From the IMG/VR virus record IMGVR_UViG_3300011102_000278, positions 1-37,794 of that record: 37,794 nt of DNA. The stretch is one strand, 5' to 3'. Below, in pieces: positions 18,735 through 28,001 of the stretch (the stretch's first letter is position 1; the number at the start of each line of letters is the position of its first letter). A program made the translations under genes and the position numbers. The notes beneath the pieces are model-generated. The model was not told the origin of the DNA. It was given only the letters and a program-made list of their open reading frames with translations, and searched no databases. Source of the stretch: a virus (Duplodnaviria > Caudoviricetes).

Positions 18735-18825
18735 AGAGCAGGGGCCGAGGGAGCCGCATCCATCACGGGTGCGGCTCCCTCGTATGTCCGGCCCTGTCCG
18801 CCTACCTGTCAGGGGAGATGCAGAC

Positions 18826-19512
18826 GTGTCCAGGCTGCGCATTTTCGAGACCGACCCGGAGGCCAAGCCTCGCAAGTTCACCTCCGACATTGTCGGCCGC
18901 TTCCGCTCCGGCATGACGGACGGGAAGCGCCCCGTGTCGCTGGACGAGTGGCGCGTGACCACGGGCGACCCGGACGTGGCCGCGAAGATCGCGGAAATGT
19001 TCGGCGGGGAGCCGGAGGAGTGGGACACGGAGTCCGAGGAGTATCTCCAGGTGCTCACGGACCACTCCGAGATCTCCATCATCATCGACGGTCCGTCCGC
19101 GATCGAATCCGATCTCAAGCTGTGGGGGATGGGCGGGAAGATCGTCCACCACTGCGACGGCGTCGAATTTTTGGACGACGACCGACGCGGTAAGCCGTGT
19201 GGCTGCCCGGAGCTCCTCCGCGAGCGGAAGGAAGCGGCGAAGGCCGGGCACGGACCGAAGCCGGATACCCGAATCAAGTTTCGGCTGTTCGACGCTCCCG
19301 AGCTCGGCCAGTTCGAATTCCGCTCTGGCTCGTGGGATCTCGTCCGCGTACTGCACGAGATCGAGAACGCGCTCGAAGACGTGGACGAGCCGGCGCGATG
19401 CACGCTGGCGCTGGTCGATGTCGAGTTCGACATCAAGAGGGGCCCGCGCAGGGGCACCCACGTGAGCTACAAGAAGCCCGTCGTGACCGTTCACGGTCCG
19501 GCCGCGGAGTAA
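18826..19512 (+). CDS. recombination directionality factor (phiC31 gp3-like)
   Basis: VGRFRSG, WRVTTG, HHCDG, PCGCP, LG.F.F.SGSW, VSY.KP match my recollection of phiC31 gp3. Confidence 0.88.
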   Translation: MSRLRIFETDPEAKPRKFTSDIVGRFRSGMTDGKRPVSLDEWRVTTGDPDVAAKIAEMFGGEPEEWDTESEEYLQVLTDHSEISIIIDGPSAIESDLKLWGMGGKIVHHCDGVEFLDDDRRGKPCGCPELLRERKEAAKAGHGPKPDTRIKFRLFDAPELGQFEFRSGSWDLVRVLHEIENALEDVDEPARCTLALVDVEFDIKRGPRRGTHVSYKKPVVTVHGPAAE

Positions 19513-19589
19513 CCGACGATACGGACGTAGACGCACAAGCCACCCAAGCGGTTTACAAGGTCACCTTCAAGGAAGTCCAGGTTTTAATC

Positions 19590-19811
19590 ATGGCAAACCG
19601 TGGAATACCATCATCTCGGCGGACGACTACGGAGCTTCCGCCGTCCGTGGGCGAGCGCAACAGCGCAGCCCGGCTGACGGCGGACAAGGTCAGGGCGATC
19701 AGGATCGCGGCTGCGGCGGGGGCCAACCTCCGCGATCTTGCCCGCGCCTTCGATGTGGCGGAGCGTACCGCGCGGCACATCGTGGACGGCACGTCATGGC
19801 GGCATCTCTAG
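19590..19811 (+). CDS. small HTH protein resembling the C-terminal DNA-binding domain of HNH endonucleases
   Basis: GERNSAARLTADKVRAIR...DLARAFDV....RHIVDGTSWRHL. Confidence 0.65.
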   Translation: MANRGIPSSRRTTTELPPSVGERNSAARLTADKVRAIRIAAAAGANLRDLARAFDVAERTARHIVDGTSWRHL

Positions 19812-20062
19812 ACAAAGGGGTCACGGGGCGAGTGAAGATCACGGAGACGGAGCCGCACGAGCGGTCGTTCACCATCACCATGACGGAGTCCCAGCTGCGC
19901 ATGCTCGCGGGAGTGATTGACTTCCCGTGCTGGTCTGACCAGCCGGAGGACGTCGCGGCGTTCTGCCGCGAGATCGCGGCGCAGACGTACGACGCTCTCG
20001 GGGAGTACGTGGGCGCGGAGACTATCGGCATGGTGAACGGCCGGAACAGCATCGCGTACTGA
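19796..20062 (+). CDS. hypothetical protein
   Basis: ORF with phage-like codon usage, ends just before a terminator; start uncertain. Confidence 0.6.
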   Translation: MAASLDKGVTGRVKITETEPHERSFTITMTESQLRMLAGVIDFPCWSDQPEDVAAFCREIAAQTYDALGEYVGAETIGMVNGRNSIAY

Positions 20063-20074
20063 CCCCCTACATCA

Positions 20075-20117
20075 CAAAGGGCCCGGCTCCCGCTTCGGCG
20101 GGGGACCGGGCCCTTTG
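20075..20117 (+). terminator. intrinsic (possibly bidirectional) terminator
   Basis: CAAAGGGCCCGG...CCGGGCCCTTTG stem with C-TTCG-G loop. Confidence 0.8.
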
Positions 20118-20149
20118 CGTGTCCGGACACTGATCACCAGGAGCGCAGC

Positions 20150-20344
20150 ATGGCACGGACCTATCTGATCACCAGGACATCCCCACTCACCCCCGGCATG
20201 GTCGCGGACGCCGGCCCGGGTGACTCCGTGTACATCGACAGGCGTGCGACGGAGCGTACCGATTGGGCAGCCATGGGCAACGCACTCATGATCGCGTTCA
20301 CGCGAGGCGCGGATGTGCACATGGGCGGAGAGGAGACGTCGTGA
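20150..20344 (+). CDS. hypothetical protein (64 aa)
   Basis: AGGAG RBS; stop overlaps the next GTG. Confidence 0.7.
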   Translation: MARTYLITRTSPLTPGMVADAGPGDSVYIDRRATERTDWAAMGNALMIAFTRGADVHMGGEETS

Positions 20345-20724
20345 GCAACCCCAACAAGGCGCGCGGGACCGCGTGGGAGTCGGCCGTCGTGACGTACCTC
20401 CGTACTGCCCTGGAGTGTTGCGACGGTACCGCGGACGACGTCCGTCGACAGGTCCAGATGGGACGCCACGACATCGGAGACATTCACGCCGCTCCGTTCG
20501 CCCTGGAAGCGAAGAACGAAAAGACGATCACGCTCGCGTCCTACGTTGACCAGGCGGAGCGCGAGGCGAAGAACGCGGGCTTGCCCTACGGCGCTGCGGT
20601 GGTCAAGCGGCGCGGCAAGGGTGTGGCCTCCGGCTACGTCGTGCTGTCGCTTGCCACGTTCGCCGCGGTGCTTGGGGAACTCCGCGAAAAGTGCGCGAAC
20701 ACTCCCGCCTCCCCGGAGCGGTAA
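20341..20724 (+). CDS. Holliday junction resolvase (PD-(D/E)XK type)
   Basis: NPNKARGTAWESAV, DIGDI, LEAKN, QAEREA, VVKRR motifs. Confidence 0.85.
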   Translation: MSNPNKARGTAWESAVVTYLRTALECCDGTADDVRRQVQMGRHDIGDIHAAPFALEAKNEKTITLASYVDQAEREAKNAGLPYGAAVVKRRGKGVASGYVVLSLATFAAVLGELREKCANTPASPER

Positions 20725-20725
20725 C
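20695..20725 (+). promoter_or_regulatory. phage-specific promoter motif inside the resolvase 3' end
   Basis: 31-bp consensus match upstream of primase. Confidence 0.7.
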
Positions 20726-20753
20726 GGCGGTGTAGGTACATCGACCGTGAGGG

Positions 20754-23246
20754 GTGATCGTGGACTTTGGACAGTGGCTCGCCAGGTTCCCGGAGGTACA
20801 CGACGATCCCGCGGGCTACCTCGTTCCGTGTCCTGCGCATGACGACAGGCATCCGTCGCTGCTGCTCACGCTCAAAGATGACGGGCGGCTGCTCGTTTAC
20901 TGTCGTGCGGGTTGTGCCCGGGATGACGTCCTCCGCACGCTGGACATGGAAGAGCGTGACCTGTTCGGCTGGACTCCGGGCCGCGGAGTCCGAACGACTT
21001 CCGCCGCTCCGGCATCCCCTGTCGGTCCGGCGGAAGTCGCTGGGCTGCGCGTGTGGCTCGACTCGTGCGCCGCGCGGTGGGAGCTCCCGAGGTACGGGGA
21101 GTTGGCCGGCGACGCGGCGCGATACCTCGCGGACCGGTTCGGGCTGGACGTTGACGCAGCCAAGACGCTCGGCATCGGGCTGTCAGCACGAGGCACGGAA
21201 CACATTCCGCACTTTCCGTACGTGACCCGGCTCTTCCGCAGTCACCCGCGGATTGTCGTTCCGCTCGTTGGCTTCGACAACGTCGCGCGCGGTGCGCAGG
21301 GGCGCGACATCGGCGGGGAGTGTCCGGCCCGCTGGGTGTCCTTGGCCAACCCGGACGGGCAGGCGTGGGCGAAGTACGGCATCCTCCGCGGAGCCGGCGA
21401 GTACGGGACGTACATCATCACGGAAGGGCCCAGCGACGGACTCACGGTCGCCGGTACGGGCTATGACGCCGTTGTGGTCCGCGGAGCCGCGATCGCTGCC
21501 AGCCCGACGCTCGCGGCAGAGCTCGCGGAGGGGCTCCGCGGGCATCACGTGGTGATCGCTGGCGACAACGACACGGCCGGAGAGACGTTTATTCGGCTCC
21601 TGGGGGATGCGCTCCGCTCGCGCGGTATCACGGCGTACCGGCTCACGATTCCGCACGCAGGGGACGACGTCACGGATTGGCGTGCGCGCGGCCCTGAAAC
21701 GTTCGCTGCCGCGTTTCACGCTGCGGTCCGGGCCGCTACCCCTATCGAGCCTTCGAAAGAGGCTGAGAGAGTGATTCAGGGCCGCGTGTTGGACCGCAGG
21801 ACAGGAACGGATTCCGTGTCTCGTGAGGACGGCGAGCATGCCGCGGAACTGCTCGCGAAGTTCGCCGAGAGGTACGGCGACACGGACGCCATGCGAGCTC
21901 ATGCTTTGGTCGCGTTCACTGCCGGGCGGATCAAGCACGCGCCCGGACTCGGCTATTACGTCTGGACGGGGCGACGCTGGGAGCTGTCAGAAACCCGCGT
22001 GCGGCAAGAGGTACACCGCATGGGGGCTGCGCTCATGCTCGCGGGCAGGACGATGGACGCGAAAGGATTCGGCAACACGGCTCGGATCGATGCGCTGATG
22101 AGCGAGCTCCGCGCGGTTCCCGCGGTTGCCGCGAACGTTCACGACTTCGACAACCGCCCGGAGCTGCTGAGCTTCCGGAACGGTACGATTGACCTTCGGA
22201 CCGGCACCCTACGGCCGCACGATCCCGCGGACATGATCACGCGGTACGTCGACGCGGACTACGACCCGTCCGCGACATGCCCGCGGTGGGAGCAATTCCT
22301 GACGGAAATATTCCCGGAACACCCGGAGCTCGCGGACTACATGCGCCGGCTGGTCGGCTACGGCATCACAGGCGACACGTCGGAACAGTGCTTCGCGGTG
22401 TTGTGGGGGAAAGGCGCGAACGGAAAAAGTGTACTGACGGACACGCTCACGCACGTCTTCCGGGAGATCTCCGCGACCACGCCGTTCGCCACGTTCGAAG
22501 AGAAGCAGAGCGGCGGAATTCCGAACGATTTGGCTGCGCTCCGAGGGGCGAGACTCGTCATGGCGAGCGAGGGCGAATCGGGCAAGGCCATGGCGGAGGC
22601 AGTCCTTAAGCGCGTGACGGGCGCGGACATGATCACCGCGCGGTTCCTTCGCAAGGAATTCTTCGAGTACAGGCCTGCGTTCCTGCTGATGTTGGCGACA
22701 AACCACAAGCCGCGATTCAAGGGGCAAGACGAAGGGCTATGGCGTCGCGTCAAGCTCGTGCAGTTCTCGCGCTACTTCAAGCCGGAGGAACGGGACCACG
22801 GACTGACGGAGACTCTCCGCCGCGAGGCTCCCGGCATCATCGCGTGGGCAGTCCGCGGGGCGATGGAGTGGTACGCCCACGGGCTCCAGGACCCGGACGT
22901 GATCCGCGAGGCTACGCGAGAGTACCGAGAGATGTCCGACCCATTGGCCGGTTTCCTACCTGATGTGCTCGTGGTCACGGGTGACGAGTCGGATGCCATG
23001 CTCGGAGCCGACGCGTTCTCGGCATACCTGGACTGGTGTGAGGCGGAGAATCTGCAACCGCGCGAGCGCTGGACGGGCCGAAAGTTCAATGCCGCGATGG
23101 AAGAACGCGGAGCGATTCGCCGGAGGGGACGGAAGGGTGTGGTGCTGCGCGGCGTGAGACGCGCCGAAGTTCCCGCGAACACTCCGCCGGACGGGAGCGG
23201 TAACAGAGCAGACGATCAGGAGTCCGGCCGCCGGATCTTCGAGTAA
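20754..23246 (+). CDS. DNA primase-helicase (Zn finger, TOPRIM, D5/P4-type SF3 helicase)
   Basis: CPAHDD..C..GC, ITEGPSD, GDND, Walker A GKGANGKS, TNHKP, LWRR. Confidence 0.93.
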   Translation: MIVDFGQWLARFPEVHDDPAGYLVPCPAHDDRHPSLLLTLKDDGRLLVYCRAGCARDDVLRTLDMEERDLFGWTPGRGVRTTSAAPASPVGPAEVAGLRVWLDSCAARWELPRYGELAGDAARYLADRFGLDVDAAKTLGIGLSARGTEHIPHFPYVTRLFRSHPRIVVPLVGFDNVARGAQGRDIGGECPARWVSLANPDGQAWAKYGILRGAGEYGTYIITEGPSDGLTVAGTGYDAVVVRGAAIAASPTLAAELAEGLRGHHVVIAGDNDTAGETFIRLLGDALRSRGITAYRLTIPHAGDDVTDWRARGPETFAAAFHAAVRAATPIEPSKEAERVIQGRVLDRRTGTDSVSREDGEHAAELLAKFAERYGDTDAMRAHALVAFTAGRIKHAPGLGYYVWTGRRWELSETRVRQEVHRMGAALMLAGRTMDAKGFGNTARIDALMSELRAVPAVAANVHDFDNRPELLSFRNGTIDLRTGTLRPHDPADMITRYVDADYDPSATCPRWEQFLTEIFPEHPELADYMRRLVGYGITGDTSEQCFAVLWGKGANGKSVLTDTLTHVFREISATTPFATFEEKQSGGIPNDLAALRGARLVMASEGESGKAMAEAVLKRVTGADMITARFLRKEFFEYRPAFLLMLATNHKPRFKGQDEGLWRRVKLVQFSRYFKPEERDHGLTETLRREAPGIIAWAVRGAMEWYAHGLQDPDVIREATREYREMSDPLAGFLPDVLVVTGDESDAMLGADAFSAYLDWCEAENLQPRERWTGRKFNAAMEERGAIRRRGRKGVVLRGVRRAEVPANTPPDGSGNRADDQESGRRIFE
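23175..23204 (+). promoter_or_regulatory. phage-specific promoter motif (30-bp variant) inside the primase 3' end
   Basis: GCGAACAC...GGGAGCGGTAAC. Confidence 0.6.
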
Positions 23247-23258
23247 CCGGCCGCCTAC

Positions 23259-23305
23259 GGGCCCGCTTGGGGCGTACCTCGGTGCGCTCCGGGCGGGCCC
23301 CTTTT
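23259..23305 (+). terminator. terminator-like hairpin before the polymerase gene
   Basis: GGGCCCGC...GCGGGCCC long stem followed by CTTTT. Confidence 0.7.
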
Positions 23306-23324
23306 GTGCTTTCGGGAGGGTGCC

Positions 23325-25238
23325 GTGTTGGAAATACGCGCGACCGTCCGCGGGGAGATGTGCCGCGGACAGTTCGCAGAGACGCCGGACGAGCTACACG
23401 ACTTCATAGCTTGGGTGAACCAGCGGGCCGCCGCGGGTGACCGAGTCGCGGTAGACTCGGAGACGACAGGGCTGGACATCTTTACGCCATCTTTCCGGCT
23501 TCGGCTCGTCCAGTTCGGGACCGCGTCCGAAGGGTGGTTGATCCCCGCGGAATTCGGGCCGGAGTTCCGCGAGGCGATCGGATACGCGCTCCGCCGGCTC
23601 CCGCGGTTGGTCGCGCACAACTTCCCGTATGACGGTCTGGTGTTCGATCACTGCCTAGGCGTGCCGATCGAAGAGACGTTCCCGAAGGTGATCGATACCA
23701 AGATTCTCGCTCACCTTGTCGACTCGCGACCGGAAGAAGAGGGGGGCGTAGGACTCTCGCTCAAGCCGCTTTGTGCTCACTACGTCGACTCGAACGCGGA
23801 GGACGGGCAGCGCGAGCTTATCGCGGAGTTCCACAAGATCGGGCAGAAGAAGGACACCGGATGGGCCCATATCGACATCCGGAATCCGGTGTATCTGCGG
23901 TATGCGCTGCTGGACGTGCTCTACGCCTCGCGGCTGCTGCCCAAGCTCCAGGAGCACTGCCGCGCGTTGAGCATCCCGCGGAGGCTCGCCGAGTTCGAGC
24001 ACGAGCAAGCGCTGATCGGCGCGATCATTCAACGTCGCGGAATGCTGGTTGACCGCGAGTACACGGAGCGGCTCCGCGGGGAGCTTCTGGACGAAGCGGC
24101 AGTGTTCGCGGACGTCGCGAGGCAATACGGCGTGAGCTCCGTGAACTCTCCGCGACAGGTTGCCGCGGCTCTCGTGGGCATGGGGGAGACGCTCACGGAG
24201 ACGACGGAGAGCGGACAGCTTGCGGTGGGGAAAGAGATTCTGCTACCGCTCGCGGACCTTAACAAGGACTGGGAGCGGATCGGGGCCCGCGAGCCGAACG
24301 CGCTCGCGGATGCTGTCCTTCGGTCGAAGCGTGCGGGCAAGTGGGCGAAATCCTACGCGGAGGCGATGCTAGGCAAGCTCGACGCAGCCGGCCGTGTGCA
24401 TCCGATGATCTCCACACTAGGAGCTCGGACTGCGCGATGGTCCGTTTCGTCGCCTCCGTTGCAGCAGCTTCCGTCGTCGGAATGGCGGGTGCGTCGCTGC
24501 ATCGTGGCGGACCCTGGTGATCTGATCATTGCGAGTGACTTTTCACAGGTGGAACTTCGCGTACTCGCGGCAATGGCCGGAGCCTCTCGCGTGTGCGAGC
24601 GGATCAACGCGGGCGAAGACTTGCACAGCCTGACGACCCGGATGGTTTTCAACCTGACGGCGGATGACATCTCCGACGACGATCTCAAGAATGACAAGCG
24701 GCGAAAGCTCGTGAAGACGATCTCGCTCGGTAAGGCGTACGCCGGCGGAGTCGTCACGCTCTCGCGGCAGACTGGGCTGTCGTCGGAGCAAGTCAAACAA
24801 GCGCTCGCGAAGTACGACAGGGCCCTGCCGGAATTCAGGCGGTATTCCAAGCGGCTCACGCGCGAGGCGTACGCGAACGGGATGACGATACAGACGCCGT
24901 CCGGCCGTGTCCTGCGACTGAACCGCGATAAGGCGTACACCGCGATCGCGTTCATGTGCCAGAGCACAGCGCGAGACATCCTCGGGCAATCGCTCCTGGA
25001 CATCCGCGAGCGCGGGCTACTGCCGTATGTGATCGGCGTCGTGCACGACGAAGTGATCGGGTCGGCTCCGGCCGCGGAGGCGGAGGAGATCGCGAAGGAA
25101 CTCGGCGAGTGCATGCGGATGCCATTCCGCGGCGTGAATATCGAGAGTGATCCGGAGGTTTACGGCCGGTCCTGGGGTGCGGGCTATATGAAGAAGGCGG
25201 ACCGGCCGCTGTACGACGCTCCGGCGGCTGCCACATGA
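23325..25238 (+). CDS. family A DNA polymerase with 3'-5' exonuclease
   Basis: exonuclease motifs DSETTG, HN..YD, YA..D; motif A DFSQVELR, motif B R...KTISLGKAY, motif C VHDE. Confidence 0.95.
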   Translation: MLEIRATVRGEMCRGQFAETPDELHDFIAWVNQRAAAGDRVAVDSETTGLDIFTPSFRLRLVQFGTASEGWLIPAEFGPEFREAIGYALRRLPRLVAHNFPYDGLVFDHCLGVPIEETFPKVIDTKILAHLVDSRPEEEGGVGLSLKPLCAHYVDSNAEDGQRELIAEFHKIGQKKDTGWAHIDIRNPVYLRYALLDVLYASRLLPKLQEHCRALSIPRRLAEFEHEQALIGAIIQRRGMLVDREYTERLRGELLDEAAVFADVARQYGVSSVNSPRQVAAALVGMGETLTETTESGQLAVGKEILLPLADLNKDWERIGAREPNALADAVLRSKRAGKWAKSYAEAMLGKLDAAGRVHPMISTLGARTARWSVSSPPLQQLPSSEWRVRRCIVADPGDLIIASDFSQVELRVLAAMAGASRVCERINAGEDLHSLTTRMVFNLTADDISDDDLKNDKRRKLVKTISLGKAYAGGVVTLSRQTGLSSEQVKQALAKYDRALPEFRRYSKRLTREAYANGMTIQTPSGRVLRLNRDKAYTAIAFMCQSTARDILGQSLLDIRERGLLPYVIGVVHDEVIGSAPAAEAEEIAKELGECMRMPFRGVNIESDPEVYGRSWGAGYMKKADRPLYDAPAAAT

Positions 25239-25642
25239 GTCCGTACACCCGCACGTGCCGTAAGTGTGGAGACACCAAACCCCTAGGTCGCTTCCGCGGA
25301 CCGGACCACACATGCCGAGACTGCCGGTCCGCGGAGGGACGTCGGAGACGTTCGCAGCCTGCCGCGCGGCGGAGAGCACGGGACGCGAGGCTGCGTCGGC
25401 TGTACGGGATCACGCTCGCGGAGTTCGAGACGCTCGCCCGTCGTCAACGCTGGCGCTGCCGCGTGTGTGGTCAGCATGTTCCGCTCGTGGTTGACCATGA
25501 CCATGAGTCCGGCGACGTGCGCGGGCTGCTGTGCTCCTCGTGCAACGCCGGCCTAGGGCAGTTCGGGGAGGACCCGGAGCGGCTCATCGCTGCCGCAGAG
25601 TATCTGCGCAACTACGCAGGACAGGCGAACGGCTCACTGTGA
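25235..25642 (+). CDS. endonuclease VII-family (HNH-like) nuclease
   Basis: YGIT..EF, C..C, VDHDH..G.VRGLLC..CN.GLG. Confidence 0.9.
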   Translation: MSPYTRTCRKCGDTKPLGRFRGPDHTCRDCRSAEGRRRRSQPAARRRARDARLRRLYGITLAEFETLARRQRWRCRVCGQHVPLVVDHDHESGDVRGLLCSSCNAGLGQFGEDPERLIAAAEYLRNYAGQANGSL

Positions 25643-25730
25643 TACACATCACATTACAGATTGCGATCGCCTGACCAGCGGAAACGTGCACATCTCACCC
25701 TAGGTGATCAGCGGAACACATGTCCGATGG

Positions 25731-25749
25731 TGCGTAAGCGGCTTACGCA
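25731..25749. promoter_or_regulatory. operator: perfect palindrome TGCGTAAGC-G-GCTTACGCA
   Basis: consensus copy of a motif with about nine intergenic variants. Confidence 0.75.
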
Positions 25750-25818
25750 TGTCACACTCAAACAGGGGCGGCCGGAATTGCTCCGCGCTCCGTAATCGTA
25801 CCTGGAGGCGATGCCACC

Positions 25819-26127
25819 ATGAGTGACGTCACGACAACGGCAAAGAACTTCGCCAAGACCACTCTCGCGTTGTACGCGCTGGTCAAGGACGCGGAGGAGC
25901 TCGCGGCCATGGCCAGTCCGACCGCTCCGCGACTCCTGAACGCCAACGGGGTTTCGGACCCGACCGTTTCGGCCGTCATGGATTCGAAGCGCGAAGCGGT
26001 GGCGGACGCGCTCCGAGAGATCAACAAGCTCACACGCGCCACGCACCCGCAGCTCACGGACCTGATCACCGCATACGAGCGCGCGACGGAGACGCTTCGC
26101 GCGGCTGTCGCTGCGTGGCAGTCGTAG
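25819..26127 (+). CDS. hypothetical helical protein
   Basis: GGAGG RBS; SDPT motif; operator upstream. Confidence 0.7.
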   Translation: MSDVTTTAKNFAKTTLALYALVKDAEELAAMASPTAPRLLNANGVSDPTVSAVMDSKREAVADALREINKLTRATHPQLTDLITAYERATETLRAAVAAWQS

Positions 26128-26204
26128 CCCGCTCGCGTCCCTGACCACCTAACGGACCGCGGGGCGATCCCCGCTTCGTCCCGCGGCCCTGCCATGTCCA
26201 CACA

Positions 26205-26223
26205 TACGTAAGCCGCTTACGCA
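26205..26223. promoter_or_regulatory. operator directly upstream of the sigma-like gene RBS
   Basis: TACGTAAGCCGCTTACGCA. Confidence 0.72.
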
Positions 26224-26239
26224 CCCGGAGGCAGAACAG

Positions 26240-27205
26240 ATGCAGACCGCGACGCAAGCCACGAACCTGGACCGTATCGACAACATCCGCGCCGTCACGG
26301 ACGCCGCGGAGCGGTACCGCGTGGCCGGACTCGTGCCCCCGCAGGACAGCGACACTCGGCACCTGGTGATCGCGGCGAAGGGTGACGGGCCCGCGGCGGA
26401 GTTCGCGAAGGTCGAGCTGATCGCGCGGTGCGAGAAGCGACTGCGCAAGCTGATCAGCCGCCACGGCGTCGGCTCCGCCGCGTCCGTCGACTTGGAGCAG
26501 GCCGCGATGTTGGGAACCCTCCGCGCGCTGGACAAGGTTGACCCGGACGGGCCCGCGGCGTTTTTCACGTACGCGCACAACATCATCGTTGAGGAGCTCC
26601 GCGAGGTGGTGCGCACGGCGGACCCGAAGCCGGCGGAGCGCAGCATCAACGCGAGGTACTGGGCAGCGATGGCAGCGACCGACTATGACGCTGTCAAGGC
26701 ACGTCGGTGGGCGGGCTATCAGTGCATGTCCGCTGTCGAGCTCGAAGCGATCGCGGAGGAAACCGGCGACGTGATTGCCCGGGAGATTGTGGACGCTCGT
26801 TACGACCGGTGGGAGCGCAACCCGCGGGGCAGGGAGTGGGAGGACGTCGCGCAGGACACGGGCCGTGGGCTGGACGGTCCGACGTTCGACGCGGTTCACG
26901 CCTCCGTCTCCTACCTGGACGCGCCTGTGTCCGACGACTCCGACGACGACACCATGACGCCTCACGAGTCCATCGCGGACCCGGACGGGGAGCGCGACCG
27001 CCTGACGGCGGAGGACCGGCAGGCCCTGCGGCAGCTGCTCGCCACGCTGGACGAGCGGGACGCGGAAATCATCCGGTCGCTGTTCGGCTTCGAGCGCCCC
27101 GCCCGGACGGCTGCGGACGTCGCGGAAGAGTGGGGCATCAGCCGGCCGCGCGTGATGAACATCAAGGCTAAGGCGCTGCGGAACCTGTCGCTTCGCGTGG
27201 GATAG
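26240..27205 (+). CDS. RNA polymerase sigma70-like factor (phiC31 gp12-like)
   Basis: region 2-like DLEQAAMLGTLRAL..VDP....FFTYA; region 3-like YLDAPV; region 4 LDERDAEII...FG....T..DVA..WGISRPRV..IK.KAL. Confidence 0.85.
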   Translation: MQTATQATNLDRIDNIRAVTDAAERYRVAGLVPPQDSDTRHLVIAAKGDGPAAEFAKVELIARCEKRLRKLISRHGVGSAASVDLEQAAMLGTLRALDKVDPDGPAAFFTYAHNIIVEELREVVRTADPKPAERSINARYWAAMAATDYDAVKARRWAGYQCMSAVELEAIAEETGDVIAREIVDARYDRWERNPRGREWEDVAQDTGRGLDGPTFDAVHASVSYLDAPVSDDSDDDTMTPHESIADPDGERDRLTAEDRQALRQLLATLDERDAEIIRSLFGFERPARTAADVAEEWGISRPRVMNIKAKALRNLSLRVG

Positions 27206-27206
27206 G

Positions 27207-27270
27207 TGCGTAAGCGGCTTGCGCTTCGTGCGTGAGCCGCTTACGCTTACCATTCAGCGCCAACCTAGGA
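27207..27270 (+). promoter_or_regulatory. host-type promoter (TTGCGC-N17-TACGCT) overlapped by two operators, followed by GCGCCAACCTAGGA
   Basis: -35 at 27219-24, -10 at 27242-47; operators at 27207-25 and 27229-47. Confidence 0.65.
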
Positions 27271-27276
27271 GGAAAC

Positions 27277-27915
27277 GTGATCGTCACCGTCGCGCGGTGG
27301 GTGTCGCTTATCGCTGCGTTCATCATGGGAGCCGTCGCGGAGTGGAAACTGGGGCTCGCGGTCGGGCTGGACGAGTTTACGGCTGCGCTGCTGCCGTTGA
27401 CGCTGGACGTCTGGGGTTTCGCCGCGTTCGCGACGGGGCGCAAGTGGCACGTGACCGGAGCGCTCGCGGCGATGTTCGGCGCGCAGGCAGTCTCTCACCT
27501 GCTGGAACTCGGGCAGGCTCCCGCCCACATGGTGGCTCTGTCTGTTGCTGTCTCCGCGATCGCTCCGGGTGTGTCGCTCGCGTGTCATCGGCTCGGGAAC
27601 GCGGTTGCCGATGTTCCGGAACCAGCGTCGGAAACCGCGACGGAGTCGGCTCCGGCGGTTGACGCGGAGCTGGAAACGGCAGACGACGACGCGGAAACCG
27701 TGCCGGAGCCGGACGACGTCCAGGACGACGAGTCGGAATCGGTCGTCCTGGACATCCGGCCCGGCGACAAAGCCGCGCTCGCTCGCGCTGGTGTCACGCT
27801 CATGGTTCGCGAGGGACTGAACAAGACGCAAGCCGCGGAGCGGCTCGGTTACTCGCGGCAGTGGCTACACCGCTGCATGGAAGAGACGGGCATCCGGCCG
27901 CCCGTGAGCGCGTAG
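27277..27915 (+). CDS. four-TM membrane protein with acidic linker and C-terminal HTH (DUF2637/Spd-like)
   Basis: EW.L..AVG.....A.LLPL.LD motif; HTH NKTQAAERLGYSRQWL. Confidence 0.65.
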   Translation: MIVTVARWVSLIAAFIMGAVAEWKLGLAVGLDEFTAALLPLTLDVWGFAAFATGRKWHVTGALAAMFGAQAVSHLLELGQAPAHMVALSVAVSAIAPGVSLACHRLGNAVADVPEPASETATESAPAVDAELETADDDAETVPEPDDVQDDESESVVLDIRPGDKAALARAGVTLMVREGLNKTQAAERLGYSRQWLHRCMEETGIRPPVSA

Positions 27916-27927
27916 GACAGGCCGGGA

Positions 27928-27955
27928 GGGGTCCGCCAGCCGGCGGGCCCCTTTT
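27928..27955 (+). terminator. intrinsic terminator
   Basis: GGGGTCCGCC-AGCC-GGCGGGCCCC-TTTT. Confidence 0.8.
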
Positions 27956-27965
27956 CGCGTTCAGG

Positions 27966-27996
27966 GCGAACACCTAGCCGCTTCCGGAGCGGCAAC
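27966..27996 (+). promoter_or_regulatory. phage-specific promoter motif
   Basis: GCGAACAC...CCGGAGCGGCAAC, 31 bp. Confidence 0.7.
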
Positions 27997-28001
27997 GGAG
28001 C

